From assembly GCA_008632985.1 (NCBI GenBank), contig QPGO01000088.1, positions 1 to 64,000 on the forward strand: 64,000 nucleotides of DNA, read 5' to 3'. How positions within the stretch are numbered: the stretch's first letter is position 1; each line of letters opens with the position of its first letter. Made by a program: the position numbers and the translations under genes. A model generated the notes under the pieces. The model was given only the letters and a program-made list of their open reading frames with translations, made no database searches and was not told the DNA's origin. Positions 1 through 13,262 of this stretch are shown one piece after another. This DNA comes from Psammoneis japonica (lineage: Eukaryota).

Positions 1-12
1 TTAAGTGACTTA

Positions 13-834
13 GAGCATCTTCGCCAGTGAGTCGTAAACATAAACCTATGTCCGTACGTCTTCCGATACGAATGAGATTCACAAAAAATCATCATTTTCG
101 GTGGATCGTAAACATATTTTTTGCGCTAATAACCCTTTTCGAATTTACGATTCATGAAAGTGAATCGCAAATCAGGCCTTGGATACGATCCACCTCCAAA
201 ATCGTAAACGAAAATCGTAAATTTCTGGTACAAAAAGGGTGTAGAAATCCTGTAGAAAGTGCGTGTCACCATGACGAAACGACAATCGACGCTTTCTTGA
301 TGAGAGGACCTTACAGAGGCCCAACAATTAAGACTTTGTCGTATCTTATGAACTTACATACGGCCGCATCGAGATATGGGAGGAGAACCGACATATGGGG
401 GGTTTATGGGGTCAGAAGAGAATAAGGCATAAATCGTGTGATAACATTTCGCTTGTTTTCGCGATGTAGAATGACTTTCACAACATAGTAACACATAGAC
501 ATATAATATGAATTATTCTCTATTGATAGACGTCGACATATCTTTGAATAGACGGTGATTTGTGTCGTATATTGCGTTCAAAGCCGCCATGGCGTCATGT
601 AAAATTCAACAAGTCCGTCCTACCATCAGTTAGTTATTGATATACGTGTATGGAGTTGGTTGTTACCTCAACGTCTGCCCAACCATCGGCCGAATGTGAA
701 TACGATTGTGATCGACTGAAAATGATGGTCGCGTGCAGAATCGTAAAATTATACGGGGCAGTCTGTTCGCTTGTCCTTTTAGGTTATGTTCCTATGTTTA
801 TGTTTATGTTTACGACTCACTGGCGAAGATGCTC
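13..834. mobile_element. Non-autonomous PIF/Harbinger (Tourist-like) MITE
   Basis: Perfect 33-bp terminal inverted repeats GAGCATCTTCGCCAGTGAGTCGTAAACATAAAC (13-45 / 802-834), flanked by TTA on both sides (10-12 and 835-837). A TTA/TAA target duplication and GAGCATC termini are typical of PIF/Harbinger. No transposase inside. Confidence 0.9.
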
Positions 835-880
835 TTAGGGCCTACTTACTCATGCATCATGCAGAAAAGCGGCATTGGTG

Positions 881-1902
881 CAGAAAACGTATCCGCGGTA
901 TGGTAAGTGCGGTCATAACGGCGGTATGGAAATCTGATTGGATAAACGACGTCAGCTAAGAACCTTGTTGTTCACAATAAGTAATGATGACATCATCCTT
1001 ACCCCACCATCCGCCCCGCCGCCCGGCCCGCCGCGGCGATTTGCTGCGCCCCAACTTCAAAAGAAACATTCACAAGTCCCCAAGTAGAGACTCAGCAAGA
1101 CAACACATCATGATACACAAACAGCACGAACCGCCCATGACAGCGGAAACTTTCGGACTGGTGAGCATAAAAATAACACCATTAGAACCGCAGCCTTTTT
1201 GTTAGTACGTGTGTGTTGTTTCTCTTTTTGTTCAATGCAAGTGCGACCCTCTTATGGGACAATTTCAGCAACTTTCAAGTAGAAAGTTTTGCACCGTCCT
1301 TCTCGGGCCATTTAGTCTACCTACTCTAAAATCATTTAACTTACAAATAACAACGTTCAATCCGTCATATCTAAATTACTCTGTACGGTAGTTTCTGTGT
1401 CATAGAGATCTAGTTTAGGGACCTTATGCATGGCTTTCTGCGATGCATGAAAAGACCTGAAAATTCTTGCAATACAACAGGTCCATTTTGGAAAGAAGTA
1501 CGCAAAGCGTTACCATTTCCTTCTCTACACATATCATAACTACTTCATATTATCGATTGATCCTACTTCTATAGTCATAAAGTCGAGAGAAGTTGTCCAA
1601 AACAACCACACACCGCCATGGCGACTTGCACAAAAAACCACATCTCATTCCACGTACAATTCTACGTGCGGCTTCAGTACTTGACGTGATGCGTCTGATG
1701 CGAGTGCTACGTGCGCGTAGGGCCATCCGCCGGTACGTACTCGTACCTACATATCGGTAGATACTGGCAGGTGCTGGGGGGCAATAATGATGTCAACATT
1801 ACTTATTGTGAAGAATAAAGTTCATAGCTGACGTCGTTTGTCCAATCAGATTTCCATACCGCCGTTATGACCGCACTTACCATACCGCAGATACGTTTTC
1901 TG
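881..1902. mobile_element. Non-autonomous DNA transposon with long TIRs and 9-bp TSD (Mutator/MULE-like MITE)
   Basis: ~116-bp imperfect inverted repeats (881-996 / 1787-1902, CAGAAAACGTATC...GATACGTTTTCTG) and a 9-bp direct repeat GCATTGGTG at 872-880 and 1903-1911. Superfamily inferred from TSD and TIR length only. Confidence 0.85.
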
Positions 1903-2102
1903 GCATTGGTGATGGTTAAGTTACACAGAGAATTAAGAACAGCAAGAAAGTTGGTGTTAAAAACCTCGGCTGGATTGAAGCGATGCTCTTCTCCACAGCA
2001 CACTAGATGCATTGAATGACCGCTTCAAATTGTTGCTGATGTTGCCATGTGCAAAAGCGCAACTGAAAGAAAAGCTGTGGTTGATGGGGAACCCAATGCA
2101 GT

Positions 2103-2546
2103 GTGGTGTGGATGTGTGCAAATGATTGTTTTAGCCAGAACAGGGTCGGTGATAAGACAGCAACGTTTGATCCTAAACTTGGTCTCTGTCTCATTTTGAC
2201 ACCTCTCCTTGTTCACAATTCTTCTTTGTTTCATGAAGAACTTGCAGAAAAACTGTCTTCACAATGCAGGACACTGGTCTGTCCTGTGGGGTTCAAGCCA
2301 TTGGTTGATTCTCTTGCATCGCAGTTGCCAGATTGTCCTGTTGATGCAAGTCCTGATGAGGCTGCCATTTGCGCAGCTTCAGGAAGTGACTTGCTTCTTG
2401 TCAATGTTCACCTGGCTGGTGCAAACCACCAGCACAATGTGAGCAAGGAGCACTTTGATGAAATCAGAAAGCACCAGCTGATGCAGATTCATGAAATGTG
2501 TCAACCATGCGGGCATTGCATTGTTGCTGGGGACTTTAATTCTTGA
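2103..2546 (+). pseudogene. Endonuclease/exonuclease/phosphatase (EEP) domain remnant
   Basis: Motifs LLLVNVHLAG and CIVAGDFNS are the characteristic EEP core; the frame then ends at a TGA. Confidence 0.6.
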
Positions 2547-3689
2547 CGCAAAATCTGTCTGAATGAAAAAAGTCGTGGTGGACTGGACTTTCAGGCTGTC
2601 CACAAGATTGTCAAGTCAGCTGATTGTGAGGCCATTGGCACCTTGTGTTGCAGGCATGATTGACTTGTTCAGCTCATCCACAGCAATGCCCATGCTGTGA
2701 TCCCTTTGCTTTTGAAGGACACAAGTGATTCCTTTGTTGCAGATTCAAGGAGAATGAGTGCGTCATGCCCACATTCACTTTTGCACAGGATCTGAAGTGA
2801 GAAGAGAAGAGTGGCAAGAATTGCTGATCCCACTCAGATGAGCGCACACCATCATGGACAGATCAAGGTGGATGGACTCAGTTTCAAGTTCCCCTTGTTG
2901 GTTTTCCGTGTCTGCAAGGTCTCACAAATGAGTCACTCTCTTTCTTGTGCATGCCCTCAAACAGCTCTGTTCTTGAACTCATTGCAAGCAACCACATTCT
3001 GAAAACATGGTCTGTTCTCTCACTCAAGAAGCGCTTCAAATTAGCTGGAATGAAGTCAGAGGAGTGGCAGTTCCAGCTGGATGCGGCACACTTTGGACAA
3101 ACAAAAATGCTCCAAGGCCTGAGACTCCATCTGTCAATTGTTGCTGTTCCAATCCTGTTGATTGAACTTGTTGTGCCTTGTTTGGATTTCCTCCTCTTTG
3201 CCACTTGCTGTGGTGTTCTGCACCTTGTCAATGCCAACAGCCAAAACACTTGTGTTCACCAATGTTTCATCAACATGTCAATCAAACTGCAGGGACCATG
3301 ATTCTTGCAGGATGGCAGAGCTCAAATGCAAGTTCTCTCAGTGTTCAGGTGTCATGTGGAGGCAAGTGCTTCTAAAAGAAAGCTCAGCAAGAAGAAGAGG
3401 AAGAGTTCAACTGGAGAATTTTTTGTGCAAGCACTGAAAGTGGCTTTTCCAGGTTGCTGGCTGTGTGAGCAACAACAACAGGACATGGCAGTGGCAGTTG
3501 TCACCAGTCTGATGAAACCCAAGAACATTGTGGCATTTTCACAGGATGGATGATGTCGACTCACAATGGGGCAAGATGGATTGAGAAGAGGCTTTTTGAC
3601 TTGCAAAGTGGAAAATGGGGTGCCAACATCAAAGCTCATCAAGAGAGCAGATGTGATGGTGGGCTGCTGCATCTGTGAATCGGTGTGCT

Positions 3690-4330
3690 GGTGAATGCGG
3701 AAGATGTGGTTTGGTGCATGGGTTTCCCAACAATCACTCTTGCACCTCTCACACAGATTGTAAGATGCACAACTCACACACTCAAATTGAACTTTCTGCT
3801 CTGCTTTTGAAGTTGCTGACATTTTTGCTTTTGATCTGACCTTTTGTGCTCAGCAGGGGGCTTTGCTTTGTTCCAGTCAAATCTTTGCCCACAACCATTT
3901 TGCATGTTTGCCTTGGCAGTTGTGTCACAGCCACAGCGCATGATGCTGCAGCCTGCCAATTGGCTCACAATGTGATCACAATGCAGGCAGTGATGGCAGT
4001 TTTGAGCTTTCCATTCTTTGTCTTGCCTCTCTGCACACACAACATTGTCTGCCCACATCTTTTCCACAGCAGTGGCCTGTTCAGCTTTCCTTCTCATTTC
4101 AATGTCAGCATGCCAGCAGGTGCAGCTCTTCTGGACGTGATCCAATCATGCCGTTGATGGTTCAGGATGCACCTTTTGGAGCAAGTGCTTCTGCAATGAC
4201 AAGCAGCAAGGCAGTTGGTGCAAAAGTCAAAGCTGCAGTCACTGCAAGTTGCCTTTTCTGCAGCTCCCTTTTGCTGTGAGCAACTGTCCAATTGCAGGTT
4301 TCATTTGGGCATCATGCACATTCTGACGGG
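3690..4330 (-). pseudogene. RBR-type E3 ligase remnant (IBR + RING2) followed by ZZ zinc finger
   Basis: ATCSDCSFDFCTNCLAACH (IBR), WKAQNCHHCLHCDHIVSQLAGCSIMRCG...GCGQRFDWNKAKP (RING2/Rcat) and FECVSCASYNLCERC...HAPNHIF (ZZ), spread over three frameshifted ORFs. Confidence 0.7.
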
Positions 4331-5119
4331 TCCTTGCCAAGAGCTTGGTCATGCTTTGACACATCAATCTCAACAAAAAGGGGGTGGCTGTTGCCAATGT
4401 GAACATTTGATGTTTCTCAGCATTCAAGCTCCAACTCCTCTCTTGTGCTGTTGGAGGTTGTGGATGACAACCACTGGTGGCTTTTGGTGGATGAGGTTCA
4501 ACTGTGTGCCTCATTTGGCTGCATGATGTGCCCACTCCTGCTTTCTTTGGCTTTCAACATGATTCTGAATTTGTGTGTGGCTTTGAAGTGTGAGTGCACC
4601 ACAGTTGCTGGCCAAGCATCATGAACTCCTGTTCATGCATTGACAGTTGTTGGCATTTTAGTGTGGGGTCATCTGCAGCTGGCTCTAGAGAGTGGAAGAG
4701 ATTTGACACGTTGACCATCTGCGGATGCACAAATTCCCAATCGTGCATCTGCAAATTCCCATTCATGCATCTCAATCATGCTGCACCTCAAGAATTCCCC
4801 ATTCTTGCACCACAACAAATTGAATCACCACACAACAACACAACTGCAGTGGCATTTTAAGCCTTGCAGAAAATGCAATGGAAGAATGTGTGCTGACCGG
4901 TGGATGTGGAGAAGAGACAGTGACAGCTGCAGGCATTCATCAGGAACTTCAACAAGAAATGGCGCATGCTGTGATGTTCTGTGGAGTGGACTGCACAGCC
5001 CTGCACTCCTCAGAAAGGTTTGTGGCATGGGCTTTCAAAGTGTGGAAGTGCATGCATTGACAGACCACCGTCAAGAAGAGAGCAGTTTGCCACCTCCCTG
5101 TGAGCCATTTTCTTTTGAC

Positions 5120-6270
5120 ATGGCTCCCTTGGTCAAAGAGATGACAGCAGATTGGCTTGGTGCCCAACGAGGCATTCAAGGCAAAAGCAATTCTTGCTTT
5201 CTTGATTCTGTCATCATGGCAATGTTTTGTCACAGTGACAGCTTTGACAACTTGCTGAGATCCCCGAGTGGCAACGTCAGTGCAAGAGAAACAGCGAGAG
5301 CCAATCAAGCCAATTTGGAATGTGCTCAAATGCACTTTGCTCTGCACATTGTCAACAACTTGTGGCACCAAGGTTTTGTCCCTGTAGACATGATGATCAA
5401 ACAGCACCGCATGACAAGCAGGCAGTTTTTGGTGCCCAAGTTGACTTTGATGGCTGTTGCCAACAAGAAGAGCATGCAAATTTGTCAAGTTTCTTCTCCA
5501 GGAGTCCTTTGGGAGTGACAGCACAAGCAGTGAGCTCAATTTCTGCATCAAGCCAGTCAAGAGACCAGAGTTCAGAACAAGCACATTCCAAAAGGCTTGG
5601 GAGAGTTGCACATGAAGGCCAAAGCATGTTGCAGCTGCTGCTGCCCAATGTCAAAAAATCAAGTGCTGATGCTGCGTGAATGCTTGAAGAGTTGCTGTTG
5701 GATGCATTAAAACAGGAAGGCTTGATCTTTGCCAAGTTGGGCCCTTCCATAATTTTGCAGCTGCCATGGCATGGAACGAAAGAGAGAGCATTGGGAAATG
5801 TTGTTCCAAACCCAACTCTGTGCTTGAACTAATTTGGCTGTGGCAACCGTCCACCAACCAAGGCTTGCTGCAAGCTGCAGGCTCTTGTCGTCATTGGGAC
5901 AAGCCATTTTATTTTGCACATGCCGTTCACAATGAGCCATCAGCATCAATGCATGCAAGCACCTTTTTGACTGCCAAGGATGTGGCAACCAGTTGTCAAG
6001 TTGAAGTCCAGTTGTCATTGACCACCAATGATGATCCAACTTTTCTTGGCTTTTTTGTGACAGCATGAATGGCCAGATCAACAATGAAAACATCCATTGC
6101 TTGGTTGATGTGATGAAGAACTGAGTGCTCTTGAAAGTGAGAATGCCTTGTGGAATGTCAACAAGTTGCTCCTGCAGTGTTCTAGAAACATTGGTGGAGA
6201 CCATCTCTGCTGCGTTGTGCAGGACATGTCAACGGCTTTTTATGATCACAGCAAGTCTTTTAAGGTCACT
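5120..6270 (+). pseudogene. CYLD-like ubiquitin-specific protease remnant
   Basis: RGIQGKSNSCFLDSVIMAMF resembles the CYLD Cys box (GIQGHYNSCYLDS). A possible His box NIGGDHLCCVV lies near 6190-6225. Multiple frameshifts and stops. Confidence 0.65.
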
Positions 6271-6354
6271 GCCAATGCAGCCACAGATGTGCAGGAGGTG
6301 ATTGATGACAAAGCAATGTGTGTGCTTCTCCCTCTAGCCAGAGAGTTCAAAGAG

Positions 6355-6506
6355 CAATGCAAGGCCAAAGATGGACATTTTGTGGGCAGTCTTGTCATGA
6401 TCAGGAGGCAATGAGAAAATGCAGACTGCACCCAATGCAAGGCCAAAGACGGACTTTTATGGGCAGTCTTGTCATGATCAGGAGGCAATGAGAAAATGCA
6501 GACTGC
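6355..6506. repeat. Tandem duplication, ~75-bp copies x2
   Basis: Copies at 6355-6429 and 6433-6506 (caatgcaaggccaaaga...gaaaatgcagactgc). Confidence 0.95.
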
Positions 6507-9500
6507 CACGCCCACCAACTCCTTGATGCCACACTTGTTTCTCCATGACAGATGCTTGGATGAACGCAAAGAAAACCCTTGTCAACCTGACTGAACCCCT
6601 TGCATTCTTGCAAATGATGTGGGATGACCACATTGATGTGAGCCATGAGAATGCTGCTGTCTTGTCAACATCACTGGCAACCACAGATGCAACTGCACAT
6701 GTGGCTTCTCCTTGTTGCCTTTCTCCACTCACATTTGTCTGTCAAAAATGGAAATCAAAATCTGAAAAAGAGTGCAAGTTATGAAGTTGTGACTCAGCCA
6801 GCAGATCAATGCAAATGATTGATGCAAAAACAGATCTTCAAATGCTGTGGGACATGGAGAATGTGGCTGACACAATGAACCAGCAACCCACAGGAGCATT
6901 GAACCTGCAGGGGATCAGATGTGAGATGCTCAGTGAGCAACTCAAGCAGTCTGAACCACCTTGCAACCTTTGCAAAAAAGGCTGCCCTTTGGGGTGTCAG
7001 GCACACTGTCTTGGTCCATGACATCTGCAGGTGTTCAGTGTGCATTGAAAAAAAAGGAGCAGGGGCTGACCCTCCTCTGATGGAGCTGACACAATGCAGT
7101 GCACACAAAAGTGTGCTGGTTGGCTCTCAGCACTGCTGCCGCATTGGACCTGTGCAAGCATTCAGCACACACACAAGAAGCAAGTTTGCTGGCAATCATG
7201 GTGTGTCTCTGTTGGAACCACGGGCTGCTTTGACTGGCAATTGTCATTTCAGCTTGAATCAACTTCCAAAGACACACTCAATCAAATGCATGGAGGAAAA
7301 CCATCAAGGACCCAAGCCTTTGGGTCCACATGACAATTGTGTGCAGATGACATTCAATGACTTAACTCCAGCAGATCTGTTTTGCTGCAGTGAGATCGAG
7401 ACAATCGACTTGCCTTTGGCACAGAACTGATGGAGCCATGGCAGTCAAGCAAGTGATGTGTTTCAAAGAGTCAAACGGGAATTTTTTTGTGCTTTGTGCA
7501 ACAATGAGAAAAGTGATTCAGATTTCACTGTCCAGGGCTGTGTGCCTTGGGAAACATCGCCATTGCACACATGACATTTTTGTGCAGTTGTGCCTTGCAA
7601 TGGGCACTTGGCAAAGAGGTCAAGGCAACCTTGCAAAACACTGTGCCTTGCTGAAAAATGGTGAAAGCCACACTTGAAAGTGCACAGATTTGTCAATGTG
7701 AGAGTGAGTGTGTTGTGACAGTGTGAACGCAACCCATCTCTTTGTGTGTGAGATTTGGGCAAAACAAATTTGCTGGCAAACCACCCTGCAACAAATGCTG
7801 ACAAACCCACCCATCCAGCCACAACAACCAACCTGCTGCACAAGCTTGCACACTTCTGCACAAGCCGCAGAAAATGTGTGAGAGCCTGTGCACGCAAGGA
7901 AATTGGTTTTGTGGGACAAATCTTCTGCATTTCTGTGCAGGGCAACTCTCCACATCTCAGAGCTCCAAACTCTCCTGATCTGATGTTGTTTGGCACTCTT
8001 GACAGCAGTGCACAAGATGTGATCTCCAAGCGTGCTGTTGTTGACCAAAACAAGCTCAATCTCCAAGAGTGGTGTGAGAGCCTGTCTGCATGCACCACAT
8101 TGTGCAGTCCTGTTTTGGAGTGGAGATGATTCTGCCATGTCAAGGCTTGTTGGAGTTGTGTGGGTTGTTTGTTGGATTTAACACACTTGTCATGCTGTGT
8201 CATGATGTGTCATGTTGTGTCTTGTGGTGTGGCAATGTGTGACAGCCTGGGACAAGAACAAAATTTGCAGTGGCGAAACAAATTGCCACCACATGGGTTT
8301 GCTCATCAAACACATTTTAAAACCAACAAAGATTTGCCAACATGACCACAATTTGTCCAAAGGATTTTATCCAACAAGTTGCCACCCCCCACTCAAGAGA
8401 ATGTTGTTGTTGGGCAGTGACAAAACACAGCATGTCCTGACATTTCAGAGAAATGGAGTCTTGACAAAAACATTTTTTCCTGTGGCTCCCTTTCTCAGCA
8501 GCAACAGCAAGCAATGACAAGATCTAATTTGTGTTCCATGTTGGAGGGAATCCTTTTTGATGCCACACATCACCTCTGCCTCTGGAACAGTGTGGGCAAA
8601 AGCCAACAAGCACCAGCTTTTTTGCTCTTGTGGGGTTTTGCCTGCAACTGGAAACCACATGCAAGGATGTTGTGCCTCACCACATTTGTCAGATGGTGTC
8701 ATTGCCATTGCAGAAGATTGGTCACATTGCAGATGACTTCTGGCATTGACTCAGCAAGATTTTGGCATGTCAGTCTGATGATTGGCAGCATGGCAAGCTG
8801 GTGGGTTCCAGCAGGGGTGTGCTAAAAAAAAGCTGTTTTGCAACTGATGAAAAAAATTGTCTCCTGAGCTGTGCAGGAGAAGATGAGCAGTGCAACCACA
8901 TGGCAAAAAGGGTGGTTGCTCAAGCTGCACATGGTTCCACAAGTGAGTCAGACAAAAAAAATTCTCTGCTCAAGCTGCTCAAGAAGGGCAAAGGGAAAAA
9001 AAGCAAAAAGAGAAAAGGAGAAGGTGACAACAAACAACCCACTGACAATGAGGGCAAGTTTTCTCCTCCTCTTGCAGCTGTTGTTGCCTCCAACAGCAAC
9101 AACTGCAATTCCAGAATTGCCTTGATGAGCAGTGCTTCTCATGCTGGCCCACAGACAAACAGAGCAAGGTCTCAGACAGCAAAAGAGCAAGCTGCTCTTG
9201 CCATTTTCAGAAGGCCTCACTGCTGGGTGCTGCTGCAAAGCTGAGCACTTTCTTGATGCTGAGATGGGAGACAAAAGAAGCTTCTTAATCTGAGGCAAAC
9301 AATGCATCCAACAGCAGGGCTGTGACATGACAAATGAAGAAATTGGAGCAGCTGGTTGCTGTGCTGACCAAGAAGAGCAATCTGGCACTTGACATCAAAA
9401 CCATGAGAGGCAGCTGGAGCAAATCCACAAGATGCTGACTCTTTGGCAGATTGCAGTTGCCAACAGATCACACAACTTTTTGAGAAGCACAAGCACCCTG

Positions 9501-12500
9501 ATGCCTGCTGACACAACACCTGATCCAACAAGGGCTGCTGCTGCTGCTTTGACTGCTGTTGTGTGCATGCTTGCCTGGCTCAACAGATGAGCAACCTTCT
9601 GGCCATCAGCAACAAAAAGGTGTCAAAGCAGCTGGGGTTGGGGGGTCCATTTGAATTTTAAAAAAGGAGGGAATGGAGTGGCTGTGTCTGTGATGAAGCA
9701 CAGCTTTTTGTGTCTCAAGGTCTGCCATTTGTGGAAGGATCTGGAATTGATGCTGAGGCAACAGAGCTCATGAGCTCAAAGATCCAGCAACAGGGGAAAT
9801 CACTTCTCAACCAGAAGCCACTGGAGTGCATGGTGACATGACTGTTGAGAGTCAGTGCAGTGCACTCCAACACCCCAACATCTGCAAGGCTTTTCAAAGA
9901 GATTTTTGGTGGCACAACAGGCAAGACGAGGAGCAACTTTGAGGTTGCATTTGCAGGTGTGCCAACAAAGATCTGTCTGATTTGCCAAAGAGTTGTGAGC
10001 TGGAAGAGCACAGCCATGAGCAATCCAATCATTTTTGTGAAAAAAGCAAACAACTGTGTTTGTGACTTGAGCTGCATGTGCAAATGAGGGAGGATGGAGA
10101 TGATGGATCTGGCACAGACAACATTCTTTCACTGCCAAGAAAGGGCTGCAAGTCCATGGGTCAAGAGCTTTGTGCTGCCCAGCAAAGGAGCAGCCAATGC
10201 TTTGCAAGGTGGGGGCAGCTTCCCAAAGCTGCCAATCTCTTCTTGGAAATGCACATGCAGGGGCTGCCAAAGTTGTGGATTTGGCAAGCTGAAGCTTCAA
10301 GAATGCACAACAATCACTCCCAGCAGAGTGCAGCATCAACAGCTCTGTGAAAGAGAGAAGTTTGTTGTGCACTGAGAGTGGGGGGTAACACAAAAGAGGA
10401 ACAGAACATGCAGATGGAGTTGAGGGGTGTCAAGCATCAAGCTTTTTTGAAAACCGCAGTTAAAAGGCTGGCAATGCAGCTGCAGAAGTGTGAAAAACTC
10501 TTCAATGAGACTGAACTTGTCAATCTCACACAAGTTGTGCACACTTCTTCTTGTGCAATGCCCAGCTTTTTCTCAGTTGCTGAGATGCCAAGGCAGCTGG
10601 CTCACCAGCAGAGAAAAAACCCATTTTGCACACTGGAAGACTGGCCATGCAGCTGTCCTCTGCACACGAGCTTTTGATGGGTGCTGTCATTGTCCCTGAT
10701 GAGGGTGAGGTCAAGATCTTCTCTGGCCCATGTCTGCAGGTTTGGTGCAACTTAAATGGGCATCTGCAACACAGGATGATGCTGTGGGAGTGAGCGATGA
10801 TGTGTGTCAAGCTGAGTCTGACAAGAGCACAGCTCACCAAACAAGAGGGATGAACTGATGCTCACATGCAGCAACAAATCCTCAGTGCCTTTTGCTGCAG
10901 CTGTGATGGAGGGCCCACACTGCAGAGCATTTTCAGTGTTTTGATGATCTGCAAGGTGAGGCAAAGGGCACATTCATGGCCAGTTGTGCCAGAAAGTGTG
11001 CAGCCAGACACTCCTGCTCTCCTGCAACCAGCCACACTGTCCCAACACATCAAAACTCCAGCATGGCATATGGCAAAATTTACACTCAAAGAGAAGGAGT
11101 GATTTGACATCCGGTGGTGGCAATGCTGTTGTTTCATTGCTGCTGTCAAGAATGGTCAATTCACCATTTCCCACTCCAGAAAGAATGCCAAGTTTTTTGT
11201 TGGTCCTGTGATCAGAGCTGTTTGTGCACAGGCACACAAATTGGTGCTGGGCAAGTGGACAGACAGAGCAGGCTTTGTTGTCCCTTGGCTGTGAATGTCA
11301 CACTCAGTGAGTGCAATTTTGCACACCACAAGTCAGCATCATTTGCAAAACAATGTTGGGTGCTGTTGATGAGATGCTGCAATGCTGATCTGCATCAGGT
11401 GCTGCAGCTTTGGAGCTGTGTTGGCATTTGAAATTGACAGATGCCCCCTGCCAATGAAGGTGTCACTCACACTTGATGGCATGACATGAGTGACAAGCAA
11501 GAAAAGTGGTGTGTGCTGGCCACAAACACAGCATTGCTGTCTGTGACTCCTCTCTTTGCCGACTGGAGGCTCTTGCAAATGCAAGATGGATGATGTGTCA
11601 GGGATGCATGCAGGCACCAAGCATTCCTCTGCACCACACTGATTGTTGCAACACAGGAGGTGCCATGTGCAGCTTGTTTTTGTGTCAAAATGTGGCAGAG
11701 GCTGGCTCATGTGGCCGCTCTTTTTACACAACATTTTCAAAGCTGGTGTGGTGCCATCTCATCTGGTCCATTTTTTTGCAACTCTGAGAAGAGCTGAAGT
11801 GCACAAGAACAACTCTGCGAGAGAATGAATCTCTCTGCAGGGAAAATTCCTGAAGAAGAGTGGCACCATCAGATGAGTGTGTGGCAAATGCCATGCTGGC
11901 ACTGATGGCATTGGTGCTTGTCTGCTTCTCTGCAGCACATGTTTGTGCAGCATTTGCTGGCTGTTGCATGACACGCTGCCTTTCTCTGATGCAAGTGCAT
12001 GCAAAGTCACATGTGAATTTCAGGAAAAAATGTCAGAGTCAGCTGCAGCATGCACCAGCCACCAGCACTCAACCCCAGAGCCAGCCCACAGAGAGCTGGG
12101 TTTGCCCTTTCCCTTTTTGAATTTGGGAGGGGGCAAGACAGTCAAAAACCAGCACACATGAGGTGCAAATGCAGGGCTTCACATCCCGCTGTGTGCAAAA
12201 ATTGTGCACCAAAGAAGCTCAGCGACAATCTGTCTGTGATGTGAGCTCATGCCATGTGTGTGATGTTCCATCTGCTGACATCACTGTGGCATCATCATGA
12301 GCCACAAGCTCTGTTTCTGGTGGCAGGCCACAAGGCTCATGCATTTGTCAGCCCCCCCACCATTGCACAAAACCAGAGGAGTGCCCCCTCTTTTGTGGTG
12401 CACATGCACCAGCCTCATGGTTGAACAAAAAACAAATGCCTTTCTTGCACATGACTTCTGTGCCAAACCATGCATGTGCAGAAAAATGGGCAAGACATGC

Positions 12501-13232
12501 ACAGCACCACATTCAAGCCCCTTTTCTCATGACTTTCATCATGGTGCCATTCAGTGCAGTCAACAACATTGATTGGATGTGCAATCAATGGCACAAAAGA
12601 CAAGATGAGACAATGCAGCTTGTGTGCAAAACTCTGGTGCAGCATTTTTCATGTGAAACATTGTTCTTGCATCTTGTTGTCACAAACACACAAGCCACAA
12701 GGCATCTGGAAAGAAGGCCAGGGCAATGGCATGGCTGCAAATGGCCAGAGCAAATGTGGCAAATTTGGCAGTCACATTTGCACCCACCCCCACTTGTCTC
12801 ATGCACAGATTGTGCAGTGAGTCATTTGTCATGCAAAAAATTGTTCTTGTGTTGTCACACCAAGTGCAAACCACAAAGCATCTGGAGGAAAGGCCAAGGC
12901 CAAAGCAGAGCCACACAGACCATGACTGTGGTGCCAAAGTTTGTTCTTCCTTTTTTCTGCCACACCATTGTTTGGAGCGGGTTTGCATTTGGCAAGACAC
13001 ATGGGGGCACTTTTGTGAGCTTTTTTGTTTCCACAAAAATGTGGCATTTTTTTGTTCATGAGTGCTCCCACATGAACAAAAACAAGAGTGTCAGTCAAAT
13101 GAGTCAAAGTGCAGCTGAGCAGCAGGTCAAGAAAGCTCTTTTTGATTTTTGATTTTGTGCAATGACAAGAGAGGGGCAAATGCAGCAATGCAAGCAATGA
13201 CACATGTCTGAGCTCTGACATTCTTGGAGCTC

Positions 13233-13262
13233 TTTTGTTTGTTTGTTTGTTTGTTTGTTGTT
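13233..13262. repeat. (TTTG)n microsatellite
   Basis: ttttgtttgtttgtttgtttgtttgttgtt seen directly. Confidence 0.85.

Noticed and set aside
27..425. 132-aa ORF as a gene
   Set aside because: It lies inside the Harbinger MITE, starts in the TIR at a GTG, and has no recognisable domain.
4554..4800. PARP-like domain upstream of the RBR remnant
   Set aside because: No convincing catalytic motif could be read in any frame.
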